A stretch of DNA of 64,000 nucleotides from Candidatus Deferrimicrobiaceae bacterium (lineage in GTDB: Bacteria > Desulfobacterota > Deferrimicrobia > Deferrimicrobiales > Deferrimicrobiaceae). The position numbers were made by a program, and so were the translations under genes. The notes beneath the pieces were generated by a model, which did no database searches, had not been told where the DNA came from, and saw only the letters and a list, made by a program, of their open reading frames with translations. Positions 52,508 through 63,368 of the stretch are shown piece after piece; position 1 is the first letter of the stretch; each line of letters opens with the position of its first letter. The stretch covers positions 288,001-352,000 of the forward strand of contig CAWBVY010000001.1 of assembly GCA_963792415.1 (NCBI GenBank), read 5' to 3'.

Positions 52508-54082
52508 TTAAGGGACGTTGATGGTAATTGGTGCCGAGGGAGCGCTGAGACTGCCACCGCTGCCGCCTTGCGCATCCAACGCCGCGTAGGCCTTTACCGT
52601 TACCGTGTAGGTCCCTGCCTGCAAAGAGACCGTGGTAGAGGTCGGCGCCGTGGGACCGGACGTGTAGGGCACGTTGATCGCGGGCTGCCCGCTGATCAAA
52701 ACCTGGTAGCCGCCGCCCGTGCTGTTCACGCCGCTTTCACGGTTTGGCGCCCAGGACAGGACGACATCGCGGGTCGCTATCGCCGCCGGCGTGAAACTCG
52801 CGATGTTTCCTTTCGTTGTCCCGGAACCGTTGCTGGCGGCGACCCGGTAGTAATACGTGGTCCCCGTGGACAGTCCCGTTACCCCGGCATTGATTGGCTG
52901 GCTGGTGGATCCGGCCCCCATCGCCTGCGGCGATGTGCTGCCGGGAGAGGCAAGAGACGAATCCGTCCCGTACTCGAACCATGCACTCGTCGCCAGACCG
53001 TTGGGCGTTACGCTGCCGTTCAGGGTCGCAGTGGTCGCGCCGACCGATGTCGCAGCCAAGGTGGAAACTCCGGGGGCGGCGCCTGGGATGAAACTCGCGA
53101 TGTTTCCTTTCGTTGTCCCGGAACCGTTGCTGGCGGCGACCCGGTAGTAATACGTGGTCCCCGTGGACAGTCCCGTTACACCGGCATTGACCAACTGGCT
53201 GGTGGATCCGGCCCCCATCGCCTGCGGCGATGTGCTGCCGGGAGAGGCAAGAGACGAATCCGTCCCGTACTCGAACCATGCACTCGTCGCCAGGCCGTTG
53301 GGCGTTACGCTGCCGTTCAGGGTCGCAGTGGTCGCGCCGACCGATGTCGCAGCCAAGGTGGAAACTCCGGGGGCGGCGCCTGGGATGAAACTCGCGATGC
53401 TTCCTTTCGTTGTCCCGGAACCGTTGCTGGCGGCGACCCGATAGTAATACGTGGTCCCCGTGGACAGTCCCGTTACCCCGGCATTGATCGGCTGGCTGGT
53501 GGATCCGGCCCCCATCGCCTGCGGCGATGTGCTGCCGGGAGAGGCAAGAGACGGGTCCGTCCCGTACTCGAACCATGCACTCGTCGCCAGGCCGTTGGGC
53601 GTTACATTGCCGTTCAGGGTCGCAGTGGTCGCACCGACCGATGTCGCAGCCAAGGTGGAAACTGCGGGGGCGGCGCCGGGCGAGGAGGTTAAAAAACCGG
53701 CGATCGTGCTTTTCGTCGATCCCTTCGCGTTTCTACCGCACACTCTGTAGTAATAAGTCGTTCCACCTGTACATCCGCTGATCGACTGATTGACCGGCAC
53801 TGCGTTCAGCCCTTGCCCGATTGCCTGCTCGGGTGTGCTTGTGTTGGCAAGCAAGCCAGGATCGGTGCCATACTCAAACCACACCTGGGTATCCAGCCCG
53901 TTCGGGGTTACGATCCCGTTCAGTACGGCCCCGCTCTGGGTAATCGAGGTCGTCGCGGAAACCGATGCGATCGGAGTGCCGCCGCTTCCTTGCGGGGTAT
54001 CCCCACCCCCTCCACCCCCGCCTCCGCACCCACCGCAAACGACAAGAAAGCCCGCAACAAGCAGGCCGGCGATTCTTTTCAC
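52508..54082 (-). CDS. Lipoprotein with tandem FN3-like Thr/Ser-rich domains
   Basis: GTG after GGAGG; lipobox then poly-Gly; ATLNG.V.PNG...WFEYGT...TTYYYR repeated four times. Confidence 0.8.
   Translation of the reverse strand: MKRIAGLLVAGFLVVCGGCGGGGGGGGDTPQGSGGTPIASVSATTSITQSGAVLNGIVTPNGLDTQVWFEYGTDPGLLANTSTPEQAIGQGLNAVPVNQSISGCTGGTTYYYRVCGRNAKGSTKSTIAGFLTSSPGAAPAVSTLAATSVGATTATLNGNVTPNGLATSAWFEYGTDPSLASPGSTSPQAMGAGSTSQPINAGVTGLSTGTTYYYRVAASNGSGTTKGSIASFIPGAAPGVSTLAATSVGATTATLNGSVTPNGLATSAWFEYGTDSSLASPGSTSPQAMGAGSTSQLVNAGVTGLSTGTTYYYRVAASNGSGTTKGNIASFIPGAAPGVSTLAATSVGATTATLNGSVTPNGLATSAWFEYGTDSSLASPGSTSPQAMGAGSTSQPINAGVTGLSTGTTYYYRVAASNGSGTTKGNIASFTPAAIATRDVVLSWAPNRESGVNSTGGGYQVLISGQPAINVPYTSGPTAPTSTTVSLQAGTYTVTVKAYAALDAQGGSGGSLSAPSAPITINVP
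52792..53677. repeat. Three near-identical 297-bp tandem repeats
   Basis: Matching anchors at 52794, 53091, 53388. Confidence 0.92.
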
Positions 54083-54134
54083 AGATGCCTCCTTCCGGAG
54101 AATTCCAGATTCGCACACGTACGCGATGTACCAC

Positions 54135-54150
54135 GCAATATGCATACCGA
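54135..54150 (-). promoter_or_regulatory. Candidate sigma54 (-24/-12) promoter of the lipoprotein-subtilase operon
   Basis: Minus strand tcGGtatgcatattGC (GG-N10-GC with TTGC), ~50 bp upstream of the start. Confidence 0.45.
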
Positions 54151-54391
54151 CACCAAGGACATCTAATTCCTTGTAATATTTGTATTTATTACCAGGAATC
54201 CCTATCGCCACAACGCAAATTTGGTTATGTGAAATATATTTCCCAATTTTGCCAATGATTTACCTACCTCATCCTTCGATGCGTTCCCGGATGTTGACCT
54301 TCGGGGGGAATCGGAATAGGACCTGCCCCCAACGCCTTTGCATCTTATAATGAGTACCAGCGGGAAGCCGAACCGGGCGGGGGGCGCGGGA

Positions 54392-54559
54392 ATGATCTAT
54401 GCCCAGGGGATCGCCGAATATGCGTCCATTCTTTCCGCGATCGGTGGAGGGATCCTTGGAGGCATTTCCAGTCTTACCCATCTCGATGTCACATGGAATA
54501 TCCTTCTGATAGGCGGTGTCTTCGGTTTCCTGTTCTGGTACATCGTCTTCAAAATGTGA
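54392..54559 (+). CDS. Small hydrophobic hypothetical protein
   Basis: 55 aa with a TM-like C-terminus, just upstream of PAP2. Confidence 0.35.
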   Translation: MIYAQGIAEYASILSAIGGGILGGISSLTHLDVTWNILLIGGVFGFLFWYIVFKM

Positions 54560-54620
54560 GCGGGTGCCTCGTCGGCATCCTGTGGTTCGACGGACCGAAA
54601 GACTGCCGAAGGGGGCGGAA

Positions 54621-55277
54621 ATGGAACGCATGACCGCCCCGGGGAAACTCCGGCTCACAGCGGGCGGTTTCCTCCTGACCGCCAACCTCGTCGTCATCAG
54701 CTACGCGTTCCTGGACGAGCGGATCGCCCTGTGGATCTACCGGCTGCTCCGGTCCCATGGCCTGCTTTCCCTTTATACCTCCCGCATCCCCAGCCTTCTG
54801 CTCCCGGCGGTCCTGGTCCTGTCCGGGGTCATGTGGGTCCTGTACCTCCTGGAGGTGCGAAGGGGGGAGCGCGACGGCCGCTCGACGTTCTTTCTGCTGA
54901 CGGGTATCGCATTGCCCGCGACGTTCGTCGTGAAACTGGCGCTGAAGCACGTCTTCGGGCGGATGGGCCCCCGCGCCTGGCTGGGAAGCGCCGCGGATCC
55001 CTCCTTCCACTGGTTTCATGGAGGGGGGAACCTCACGGGTTTTCCGTCCGGACACATGGCGGTATTCACCGCCCTGGCGGCCGCCTGCTGGCTCTTCTTT
55101 CCGAAGGCTCGTCCCGCATGCGTCGCCGGAATCGCGGTCCTGGGGATCGCCCTGATCGCCACGGGACAGCATTTCCTGAGCGATGTGATCGCCGGAGGGT
55201 ACGTCGGCTGGGCGGTTCTCGTATGCACGGATCGCGGCCTGGCGATCCTGCGGGGTTTGCTCCAGAAGTCCCGATGA
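54621..55277 (+). CDS. PAP2 family phosphatase
   Basis: K.VFGR..P, FPSGH, HFLSDV.AG. Confidence 0.85.
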   Translation: MERMTAPGKLRLTAGGFLLTANLVVISYAFLDERIALWIYRLLRSHGLLSLYTSRIPSLLLPAVLVLSGVMWVLYLLEVRRGERDGRSTFFLLTGIALPATFVVKLALKHVFGRMGPRAWLGSAADPSFHWFHGGGNLTGFPSGHMAVFTALAAACWLFFPKARPACVAGIAVLGIALIATGQHFLSDVIAGGYVGWAVLVCTDRGLAILRGLLQKSR

Positions 55278-55313
55278 ATTCATCGGGACTTCTGGGGAAC
55301 GTCCCTGCTCCGC

Positions 55314-55495
55314 TCAATACCCGATCCGCCGCCTCGTCTTTGCCGGCGGTTCCATCAGCGCCCGGATGGCGTCGAACACCACCTTGAATTGCGCGTCATA
55401 CCAACGTACGGATTGGTTCGTCGACCGCCGCGCCCTGGCTTTGAGATCGCAATTTGCGATTTCAAAGCGGTGAATTCCTCCGCAGTCATCTGAAA
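55314..55495 (-). pseudogene. ORF6N gene, central and C-terminal remnant (copy 2)
   Basis: Minus strand reads FQMTAEEFTALKSQIAISKPGRGGRR...[25 protein letters not shown]. Confidence 0.75.
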
Positions 55496-55529
55496 CAGGC
55501 AGGCATGTCCCTATCGAGCTACTCCAAGA

Positions 55530-55904
55530 TCAAACGGCAATGTCCAGATTGATCGAATCGTATGGGACGATCGGTTTAACCTTCCCCCGCGGCGTCTTCG
55601 TTTTCATGAGTTCGACCACACCCAATTGCTCAAGGATCGCAAGGTCGGCCGAAACGTTTTTCACGTCCCTCATGACAATCTTCGCCAACGCGTAAATCGA
55701 GTCCGGGTTCTTCGACCTGATCGCACGCAACAGGGCAAGTCTCTGGTCTGTCAGCGCCCGACGGAACGCTCGCAAGTCGGTGAAATACAACCCCTTCTTT
55801 GGAGTCACCTGCTCTCCCCGTTCAATCGCCTTGGCGGTTTCGACGAAATCTCCCAAGACTTCGTCTACGCTTCTGATCCCGATACTGAGTTTCTTGACCT
55901 TCAT
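55530..55904 (-). CDS. HVO_A0114-like HTH antitoxin/regulator
   Basis: LTDQRLALL..I....P.SIYALA..V.RDVKNV..DL..LE; overlaps the upstream stop. Confidence 0.78.
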   Translation of the reverse strand: MKVKKLSIGIRSVDEVLGDFVETAKAIERGEQVTPKKGLYFTDLRAFRRALTDQRLALLRAIRSKNPDSIYALAKIVMRDVKNVSADLAILEQLGVVELMKTKTPRGKVKPIVPYDSINLDIAV

Positions 55905-56221
55905 CTTTCCCCCCTCCACTTGGCAACATCCGCCAAAAAGTCGCTCACCAACCGGTCAAGGGAGGTAAACCGATAAGGTTCCTCCCTATTCCCGTCGTGC
56001 CGATGATCGCCCCGCCGTTCCGCGTTATCGTAGCCGATGACGCGCCTCCCCTCTGCAATGTAAACCAGGGAGTACCTGTACCCGTGAGGTTTATCGGGAG
56101 ACGCCGGCACGCCCCACAACTTCACCTCGATCAACCCGCCGTCGGCGAATCGCAACCGCGTGTGGCGGATCAGGACGGCTTTTATAGGGGTGATATTATC
56201 ACCCCCTTCCGAAATTTTCAT
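55901..56221 (-). CDS. DUF6516 (TumE-like) toxin-family protein
   Basis: W.VP....PHGYRYSL, GYDNAE.RGDHRH, PYRFTS..L..DF; start codon uncertain. Confidence 0.72.
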   Translation of the reverse strand: MKISEGGDNITPIKAVLIRHTRLRFADGGLIEVKLWGVPASPDKPHGYRYSLVYIAEGRRVIGYDNAERRGDHRHDGNREEPYRFTSLDRLVSDFLADVAKWRGER

Positions 56222-56248
56222 CCCCAAGTCCTTTTCGGTGACCTTGGA

Positions 56249-56410
56249 ATATCGACCTCCAATACCACCCGTTTTCCCCGGATCGACAGGATCCGGTCTC
56301 CCACTCGTTCCATCGGTACGGTCATCGATCTGTTCTCCCCGGGGAATTGGTTTCCATCCGGAGGAACGCATCTACCGTGCCGCCGGGGCCGGAAATGCGA
56401 ACGCCCCCGG
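56249..56410 (-). repeat. ORF6N 5' end plus upstream region (copy 2; ATG at 56325)
   Basis: MTVPMERVGDRILSIRGKRVVLEVDI; upstream ~85 bp matches 56914-56998. Confidence 0.82.
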
Positions 56411-56913
56411 TCAATACCCGATCCGCCGCCTCGGCTTTACCGGCGGTTCCATCAGCGCACGGATGGCGTCGAAGATCCCAGTGATACGAACATCATGCGC
56501 GGCATACTTCTTTTCGAGCGCATCCAATCGCCTGGCGAGTTCCCGGTCCGAAACATCGCCTCACGCATCCGGACGAACGCCCGCATAATGGCAACGTTGA
56601 CCTTTACCGCGCGGGGACTATTGAGAACCCCTGAGAGCATCGCAACTCCTTGTTCTGTGAAGGCCAGCGGGAGGGATCGGCGTCGTCCGCCCCAGCCGTT
56701 TGAAATCACAATCTGTGATTTCAAGTATGCCCCCTCCTCGGCCGTCAATCGGAACATGAAATCGCCGGGGAACCGCTCCGCGTTCCTCTTCACGGCCTGA
56801 TTGAGCGCCCCTGTCGTCACATCGTAAAGCACCGCCAGGTCGGCGTCCAACATCACCCGATGTCCCGCGGATGGTCAGGATCCGGTTGCCACTCGTTCCA
56901 TCGGTACGGTCAT
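56411..56913 (-). pseudogene. Near full-length ORF6N-domain gene with indels (copy 3)
   Basis: [40 protein letters not shown]; indels near 56890, 56865 and 56550. Confidence 0.85.
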
Positions 56914-56985
56914 CGGTCTGTTCTCCCCGTCGAAATGAATCCCGTCCGGAGGAGAGCATGTACCGTGCCGCCAGGGCCGGAAATG

Positions 56986-57011
56986 CGAACGCCCCCGGAA
57001 GGGGGCGTTCC
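56986..57011. terminator. Hairpin downstream of uxs
   Basis: GAACGCCCCC-ggaa-GGGGGCGTTC. Confidence 0.55.
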
Positions 57012-57042
57012 TGCATGACGAGCGCGGGTCGACCGGGAGGGG

Positions 57043-57987
57043 TTACCCCGGAAGAACCCCCGGATGCGACCGGAAATATTCGATCGTGCGGACGAGACCG
57101 TCGCGCAGCGGGATCGTCGGCTCCCAGCGAAGCTTCGCCTTCGCCAGGGTGATGTCCGGGCAGCGGCGGACCGGGTCATCCTGCGGGAGCGGCTGGAAAA
57201 CGATCTCCGATTTCGAGCCGGTGAGCTCCTTGACCAGCGTTGCCAGCTGGAGGATCGTGAACTCCCCGGGGTTCCCCAGGTTCACCGGCCCGATCAGCTC
57301 GTCCTGGTCCATCATCGCGATCATCCCGGTGACGAGGTCGTCCACGTAGCAGAAGGAGCGCGTCTGGCTCCCCGTTCCGAACAGCGTGATCGGCTTCCCC
57401 TTCAGCGCCTGGACGATGAAGTTCGACACCACGCGGCCGTCGTTGGGGTGCATCCGCGGGCCGTACGTGTTGAAGATCCGGATCACGCGGATCTGCAGTT
57501 TGTGCTGGCGATGATAGTCGAAGAAGAGCGTCTCCGCGCACCGCTTCGCTTCGTCGTAGCAGGCCCGCGGGCCGATCGGGTTCACGTTCCCCCAGTACGA
57601 CTCCGTCTGCGGGTGCTGCGCCGGGTCGCCGTACACCTCGGAGGTGGAGGATTGGAGGATGCGCACCTTGAGGCGCTTGGCGAGCCCGAGCATGTTGATC
57701 GAGCCGTGCACGCAGGTCTTCGTCGTCTGCACCGGGTCGAACTGGTAATGGACGGGGGAGGCGGGGCAGGCGAGGTTGTAGATCTGGTCCACCTCGACGT
57801 AGAGCGGCCAGGTGATGTCGTGGCGCAGGAACTCGAACTGCGGGTTGCCGACGAGGTGGGCGATGTTCTGCCGGCGGGAGGTGAAGAAGTTGTCGACGCA
57901 CAGGACCTCGTCCCCCCGCGCCAGCAGCCGCTCGCACAGGTGCGATCCGATGAACCCGGCGCCGCCGGTGACCAGTACCCGTTTCAT
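57043..57987 (-). CDS. uxs: UDP-glucuronate decarboxylase (UDP-xylose synthase)
   Basis: [44 protein letters not shown]. Confidence 0.93.
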   Translation of the reverse strand: MKRVLVTGGAGFIGSHLCERLLARGDEVLCVDNFFTSRRQNIAHLVGNPQFEFLRHDITWPLYVEVDQIYNLACPASPVHYQFDPVQTTKTCVHGSINMLGLAKRLKVRILQSSTSEVYGDPAQHPQTESYWGNVNPIGPRACYDEAKRCAETLFFDYHRQHKLQIRVIRIFNTYGPRMHPNDGRVVSNFIVQALKGKPITLFGTGSQTRSFCYVDDLVTGMIAMMDQDELIGPVNLGNPGEFTILQLATLVKELTGSKSEIVFQPLPQDDPVRRCPDITLAKAKLRWEPTIPLRDGLVRTIEYFRSHPGVLPG

Positions 57988-58056
57988 CGCTCCCCTCCCC
58001 GGTTCAGTGGTATTTCAGTATGCACCAGATGGCGCGAAGTTCCCGTCAAGGAGGCG

Positions 58057-58940
58057 TCAGGGGTCGAGATATCCCTTTTTTATATACTTCTCTCTCAGCG
58101 CCTCATTCCACGAGTATTTTTTCAGATTTTCCGTCTGCAATATGATTTCATCGGTGGTTGGATCCTGGTACACGGCGGCCTTGAGCACGAATCGCGGATC
58201 TCTATAGATATGATGATCCATAAGATAGGGGTATCTTGGATCGACCCTGTCCTTTGGATGCCCCAAAGGATGGCCTAAATATCTGCCAATATTGAATATT
58301 GGAAATGACTTGTAGGGATGCGGGAAATGGATGCCAGCGGCTGCATATGCTGCTATTGCAAGCTGTTGACATGAAAATTGATTCTGTTTATGAAACTATG
58401 TTAGGCAGACCAAATGCGTATGGCAACATTTTATATCTCCATCTTGACTGATCAAATTCTGAACCTACCTTTGATTTTGCAAAATCAACGATTATTTTCT
58501 TTGTTCCTCATCAATCCCTTCAAATTTCAAGTATTTCCATTCTGCGTCTCACTTCGGGATTTTCATTGGTAAATTTTCTTGGAGTTATATGCTGAATATG
58601 AACACCTTTCTCTATAGTTGAATGAATAATCCAATTGTTGATTCTTTTGTGATTTTTTCTCTTTCTACTAATATAATATATTCCTACATGCCAAGTAGTC
58701 AAATCATCCCTGTCAAATCCAAGCCATGGTCTCCATCCAGGATATCCTCCCAAATTCCTCTTCTCAAATATTTGCTTCTACATTATCCTTTGTCGGTTTT
58801 ATTATGATAACTAGTTATAAAAAATATAATATCTCCAGGTTCGGCAACAGGATAGGAACATTACAAATTTGAATAATATTTCGTTTATTTTTCTTTGTTT
58901 ACTTAAGTTATTGCTCATATTAGACACGATCCCCATATCC
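58057..58940 (-). pseudogene. Low-GC disrupted permuted papain-like (YiiX/YebB, NlpC/P60-type) gene
   Basis: Fragments AEPGDIIFF, WHVGIY, IIHSTIEKGV, FSCQQLAIAAYAAAG, broken by stops/frameshifts. Confidence 0.5.
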
Positions 58941-58984
58941 TTTTAAAAAATTAGCAATTCAACCTTGAAGAATAGGGTCTAAGC

Positions 58985-59388
58985 GCAAAGCTTCCCTTCG
59001 TCGTAGCAGGCCCGCAGACCGATCGGGTTCACGTTCCCCCAGTACGACTCCGTCTGCGGGTGCTGGGCCGGATCGCCGTACACCACGGATGTGGAGAATT
59101 GGAGGATGCGCACTCGAGGCCTTGGAGCCCGAGCATGTTGATGGAGCCGTGCACGCAGGTCTTCGTCGTCTGCACCGGGTCGAACTGGTAATGGACGGGG
59201 GAGGCGGGACACGCGAGGTTGTAGATCCGGTCGACCTCGACGTAGAGTGGCCAGGTGATGTCGTGGCGCATGAACTCGAACAGGGGGTTGCCGACCAGGT
59301 GGGCGATGTTCTGCCGGCGGGAGGTGAAGAAGTTGTCGACGCACAGGACCTCGTCCCCCCGCGCCAGCAGCCGCTCGCACAGGTGCGT
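58985..59388 (-). pseudogene. Partial degenerate duplicate of uxs (N-terminal half)
   Basis: Close nucleotide match to ~57550-57945 with frameshifts. Confidence 0.85.
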
Positions 59389-59500
59389 GAGGATGATCCA
59401 ACGAGGTGTGTGTCCTTGGTGGTCAGGCGGTCACTCTTAATTTATCCCAGGCAAGTCGTGGTGGCGGAGGATGTTTTATATCAAGTTCCAATAATTAGTT

Positions 59501-59812
59501 GAGCAGTTCCGTCCCACCCTACCGAGGGATTTCATAAAATCGTTTAAGATTCTTTTATCCATCAACTCGAACAATCAAAACGGTACCAATTCAACAATTA
59601 TGGCACCGTCATCTATCGGCCCCAATATTTTTTTAGAGCAGCTCCGTCCCGCCTTGGCGGGATTACATAAATTTTTCAACGAAAAATTTATTCAGTCTTG
59701 AACCTTGAACCTTGTACCTTGAACCCTGAAGCTTTTACCTTTCACCTTTGAGCTTCCCAGCTTCCAGGCTTAGTTTTTTAGAGCAGCTCCGCTGCGTTTC
59801 ATAAATTTTTCC
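59501..59812. repeat. Three copies of GAGCAGCTCCG...TTCATAAA(T)TTTT plus 7-bp TTGAACC-like tandem repeats (59698-59752)
   Basis: Copies at ~59501, 59636, 59781. Confidence 0.7.
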
Positions 59813-59825
59813 CGGGAAAAATTTA

Positions 59826-61491
59826 TTGGCACAACCCACCCTCCAACTCGACGACCTCCAGAACCTGTTTGACAACCAGGCCGGCCAACCGGAAAGCCAG
59901 CTCGACATCGGCTATTATGTCAACCTGGTGCTGCGCCGGCGCTGGTTTGTCATCATTCCCCTCTGTTTGGCCCTGATCGCAGGGATTTACCTGGCCGTTG
60001 CGCTGCCCAAGAAATATCAGGCCGAAACCCTGATTTTGATCGAACCCCAGAGAGTGCCGGACAATTACGTGCAGGCCATCGTATCGAGCGATCTCGAAGC
60101 GCGCATCGCCACCCTCAAGGAAATGATCTTGAGCCGGACCAACCTGTTCAAGATTATAGAAGATTTCAACCTGCTCAGCGATCCCAAGTATGCCGACATG
60201 TTCCTGGATGAGAAGATCCAAGTCATGCGCAAACGCACGACGGTGGATATTGTCAGCGATAGACGAAATCGCACCGCCAATGCCTTTAAGATAACCTTTG
60301 AAGGTGAAGAACCCCGTAAGGTGATGCAGGTGGTCAACGCCATGGCCACGCTTGTCATCGATCAAAACCTGAAGGTGCGCGAATCACAGGCTATCGGCAC
60401 CGTCGAGTTTCTCGAAAATGAACGGGTCAAAATGCGCCGCAGGCTCGAGGAAGTCGAAGCCGCGCTCAAGGATTTCCGCGAGACCCACATGGGAGAGTTG
60501 CCGGATCAGCTGGCCGGCAACCTGATGGTACTTGAACGCGTGCAGCAGCAGTTGAGTGACAGACAAAAGAGCCTGCGCGACGAAAAATACAGGCTGATCT
60601 CCTTAAATAACCAGCTTAAGCTTGTCCGGGAGCAGGCCGCTATGACGGAGGTGGCTACTCCAATACCCGAAATCGGTGAGCCCACCACCCTCGAAGGTCT
60701 GAAACAGCAGCTGGCGGACTACAGAATCCGCTACACGCCGCAGCACCCGGATGTGATCAGGCTCCAAAGGAAAATAGAAGAGCTGGAAAAGCAAAGCCCG
60801 ACGCCTTCCACTGATTCCACTGACGCCGGTTTGACGCGCGTGGCTGGCGGCGTCGGCTTCCCGGGGGTGAGAAGGAGCGTCGAAGCCGATTTGATCGCGC
60901 AGCGTAACAATGCCGCCAGGGAGATTGCCGCCATCAAGGAAGAAATCTCAGCCTTGCACGAGCAAATCACTTTCTACCAAGGGCGCATCGAAAATACACC
61001 CAAGCTGGAACAAGAGCTCTTGTCCCTCAACCGCGATTACGACAATACCCAGAAAACATATGAATCACTGTTGACCCGCAAACAGGAAGCCGAGGTAGCC
61101 GCCAACATGGAGCGCCAGCAGAAGGGCGAACAGTTTCGCATTCTGGATCCCGCCCGCCTGCCCGACAAACCCCAAGTCGCCCGACATGCGCAAGCTGTTT
61201 TTAATGTGCGTCATGGCCGGACTGGGATTAGGCGGCGGCCTCATCTTTTTGCTGGAGTTTCTCGACAAATCCGTGAAGAAACTCGAGAGCGTTCCTGCTA
61301 AATTGGGGATCCCCATTTTGGTCGCTATACCATCAATCAGACGTCCTAAGGATATCATCAAACGCCGCATCAACGATGGCCTCAGCGTCCTCGCGGCAAT
61401 GATTTGCATGGCCCTCCTGGTCCTTTTCGCCGCCGTCTCCGTCCTCGGCATGCCCGGACCGACAGAGTTTGTAAAAAGTTTAATAACGTGA
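59826..61491 (+). CDS. GumC/Wzc-N-like polysaccharide chain-length determinant, frameshifted near 61170
   Basis: RRRW..TM, Y.A...I, RYTPQHPDV, GEQFRILDPARLP; C-terminal TMs in another frame. Confidence 0.8.
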
Positions 61492-61557
61492 TTTGTATGT
61501 TGTCGGTTGTTGGTGGTATGTAGTTAGTTGCAGAAATAGAACTAATCGAATTTATTT

Positions 61558-62122
61558 TACCACAGAGGCACAGAGTACGCAGAGATTTTTCCTTTTTTTC
61601 ATTGTCGGTGATCCCAGTACCATCTAATAGAGCTACGGGACAAGGAGGCCGACAATGAAAAACCAATCTACAATTTCTATGAAATTAAGTGCCGGATTTT
61701 ATTTATAGGCTGCAAAGCATATTCCACTGGGATCAAAGGATATGCCCCCCTTTAGGCAATAAAACACAATCTGTCGTAATCCCGGCGTCTATAGGAAAAA
61801 TTTAAAATTGAAGCGGATATCTTTATGTTTGCCGCCCTATCAACGGCAAACATAAAACAAGTACCCTCTTCTTCCTCCGTGCCTCGAGCGCAGCGGGTGG
61901 TGAAAACCTAAAGAAAGATCTCACCACAGAGACACCGAGGACACAGCGAATTTTATTTTTCACCAAATCGGGAGACGACGATTTGATGAAACTTCTGTCC
62001 ACAAATATCCAAATTTCACCCCAGAAGGTGAGCGGTTTTCATTGAGCGATGTCTCCTGCTCAATGAAAAAAATCTTAAACTCTCAGTGCTCTCTGTGCCT
62101 CAAGCGCAGCGGGTGGTGAAAC
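61558..62122. repeat. Two tandem MITE/REP-like units bounded by ACCACAGAG(G/A)CAC... and ...GTGCCTC(G/A)AGCGCAGCGGGTGGTGAAA
   Basis: Units ~61558-61906 and ~61922-62122, with internal palindromes. Confidence 0.6.
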
Positions 62123-62159
62123 CCTATTGATCCCCAACCTCCATTTGCGCAGCAAATAA

Positions 62160-63311
62160 ATGTCCAAAATCGTTAAAGCCCTCGAAAAGTATAAAAAAGA
62201 ACACAACCTGACTTCGTCCCAGGTTTTCAATCTCGATCATGCGAAACCGCCTGAATCTGCACTGGATTCCGATGAAGACCAGTATATTCAGGAAAACGTC
62301 GATGCCGATGCGGCAAAAGAGTCGACGCAGCCGTATCCACAGCAAGAAGAAAGAATCGCTGTGCAAGTTGTTGATTCTCGCGAGGCATCGCAGCCGCAGG
62401 CTGATAGGCCTTTAAGTGAGCCGGCGAACATCGCGCCGAAACGAAGCCCCCATTTTGTTTTGGCCGATAAACAACCTGCAAAAACAGCATCCACAGAAAT
62501 CGAAAACAAAGGGAGGGTACCTCTCCTCGGTGACGAAAAGGCCAACCCGGCAACGCAACCACCAGAACTCACTTCGGCTGCCCCATCGGAGCCGACCTGC
62601 GCTTGCATGCCGTCAAATCGGTTCGCCCCGGACCTCATATCGATTGTCAATCCTCGCTGTGTCGAAGCGGAAATATTCAAGGTGCTGAGGGGTAAGATCC
62701 TTTTCCCGACTTCCGGCAAACCGCCGCGGTCCATAATGGTCACCAGCACGGTCCCGGGCGAGGGGAAATCCTTCGTTGCCGCTAATCTCGCCGTGAACAT
62801 GGCCCACAACATCGAAAAACACGTCCTGCTGGTAGACTGCGACATCCGCAGGCCGACCATTCACAAACTCTTTGGGATCGGCATGGTCAAGGGGCTGAGC
62901 GAGCACCTGTCGAATGGCAACAAGCTTCCCTCCTTGCTTCTCAAAACCGGAGTCGATAAGTTGACCATTCTGCCCAGCGGAACACCGCCCGCCAATCCAT
63001 CGGAACTCTTGTCCTCCGATAAAATGGCCGCCCTCATTGAGGAGCTCAAATCCCGCTATGATGACCGTTTTTTGATTATCGATTCCCCCCCGCCCATGCT
63101 GGGTCCGGAAACCACTGCCATCGCCAAGCAGGTCGACGGCATCATCGTGGTGATCAAGTTCGGCAGCACCCCGATGGATGCGGTCGAAGAGCTGATCGAC
63201 AACCTGGGCAAAGAAAAGATCATCGGCGCGGTCATCAACCGCTTCGATGGCCGCACCTCCAGATACTACGGCTACAAGAAATACGGGAAATATTACCGCA
63301 GCAAACCGTAG
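62160..63311 (+). CDS. CpsD/CapB family tyrosine-protein kinase
   Basis: VTSTVPGEGKS, LVDCDIRRP, IIDSPP, Tyr-rich C-terminus. Confidence 0.9.
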   Translation: MSKIVKALEKYKKEHNLTSSQVFNLDHAKPPESALDSDEDQYIQENVDADAAKESTQPYPQQEERIAVQVVDSREASQPQADRPLSEPANIAPKRSPHFVLADKQPAKTASTEIENKGRVPLLGDEKANPATQPPELTSAAPSEPTCACMPSNRFAPDLISIVNPRCVEAEIFKVLRGKILFPTSGKPPRSIMVTSTVPGEGKSFVAANLAVNMAHNIEKHVLLVDCDIRRPTIHKLFGIGMVKGLSEHLSNGNKLPSLLLKTGVDKLTILPSGTPPANPSELLSSDKMAALIEELKSRYDDRFLIIDSPPPMLGPETTAIAKQVDGIIVVIKFGSTPMDAVEELIDNLGKEKIIGAVINRFDGRTSRYYGYKKYGKYYRSKP

Positions 63312-63368
63312 GTTTGTGTTTGTTGCGGGTTGTGTGTTGATTCAAGAGAAGTAAGCAGAGCAGCTGAA

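Noticed and set aside
52792-53677. DGR template/variable repeat pair
   Set aside because: These are in-frame tandem domain repeats with no adenine-specific variation pattern, and no reverse transcriptase is present in the window.
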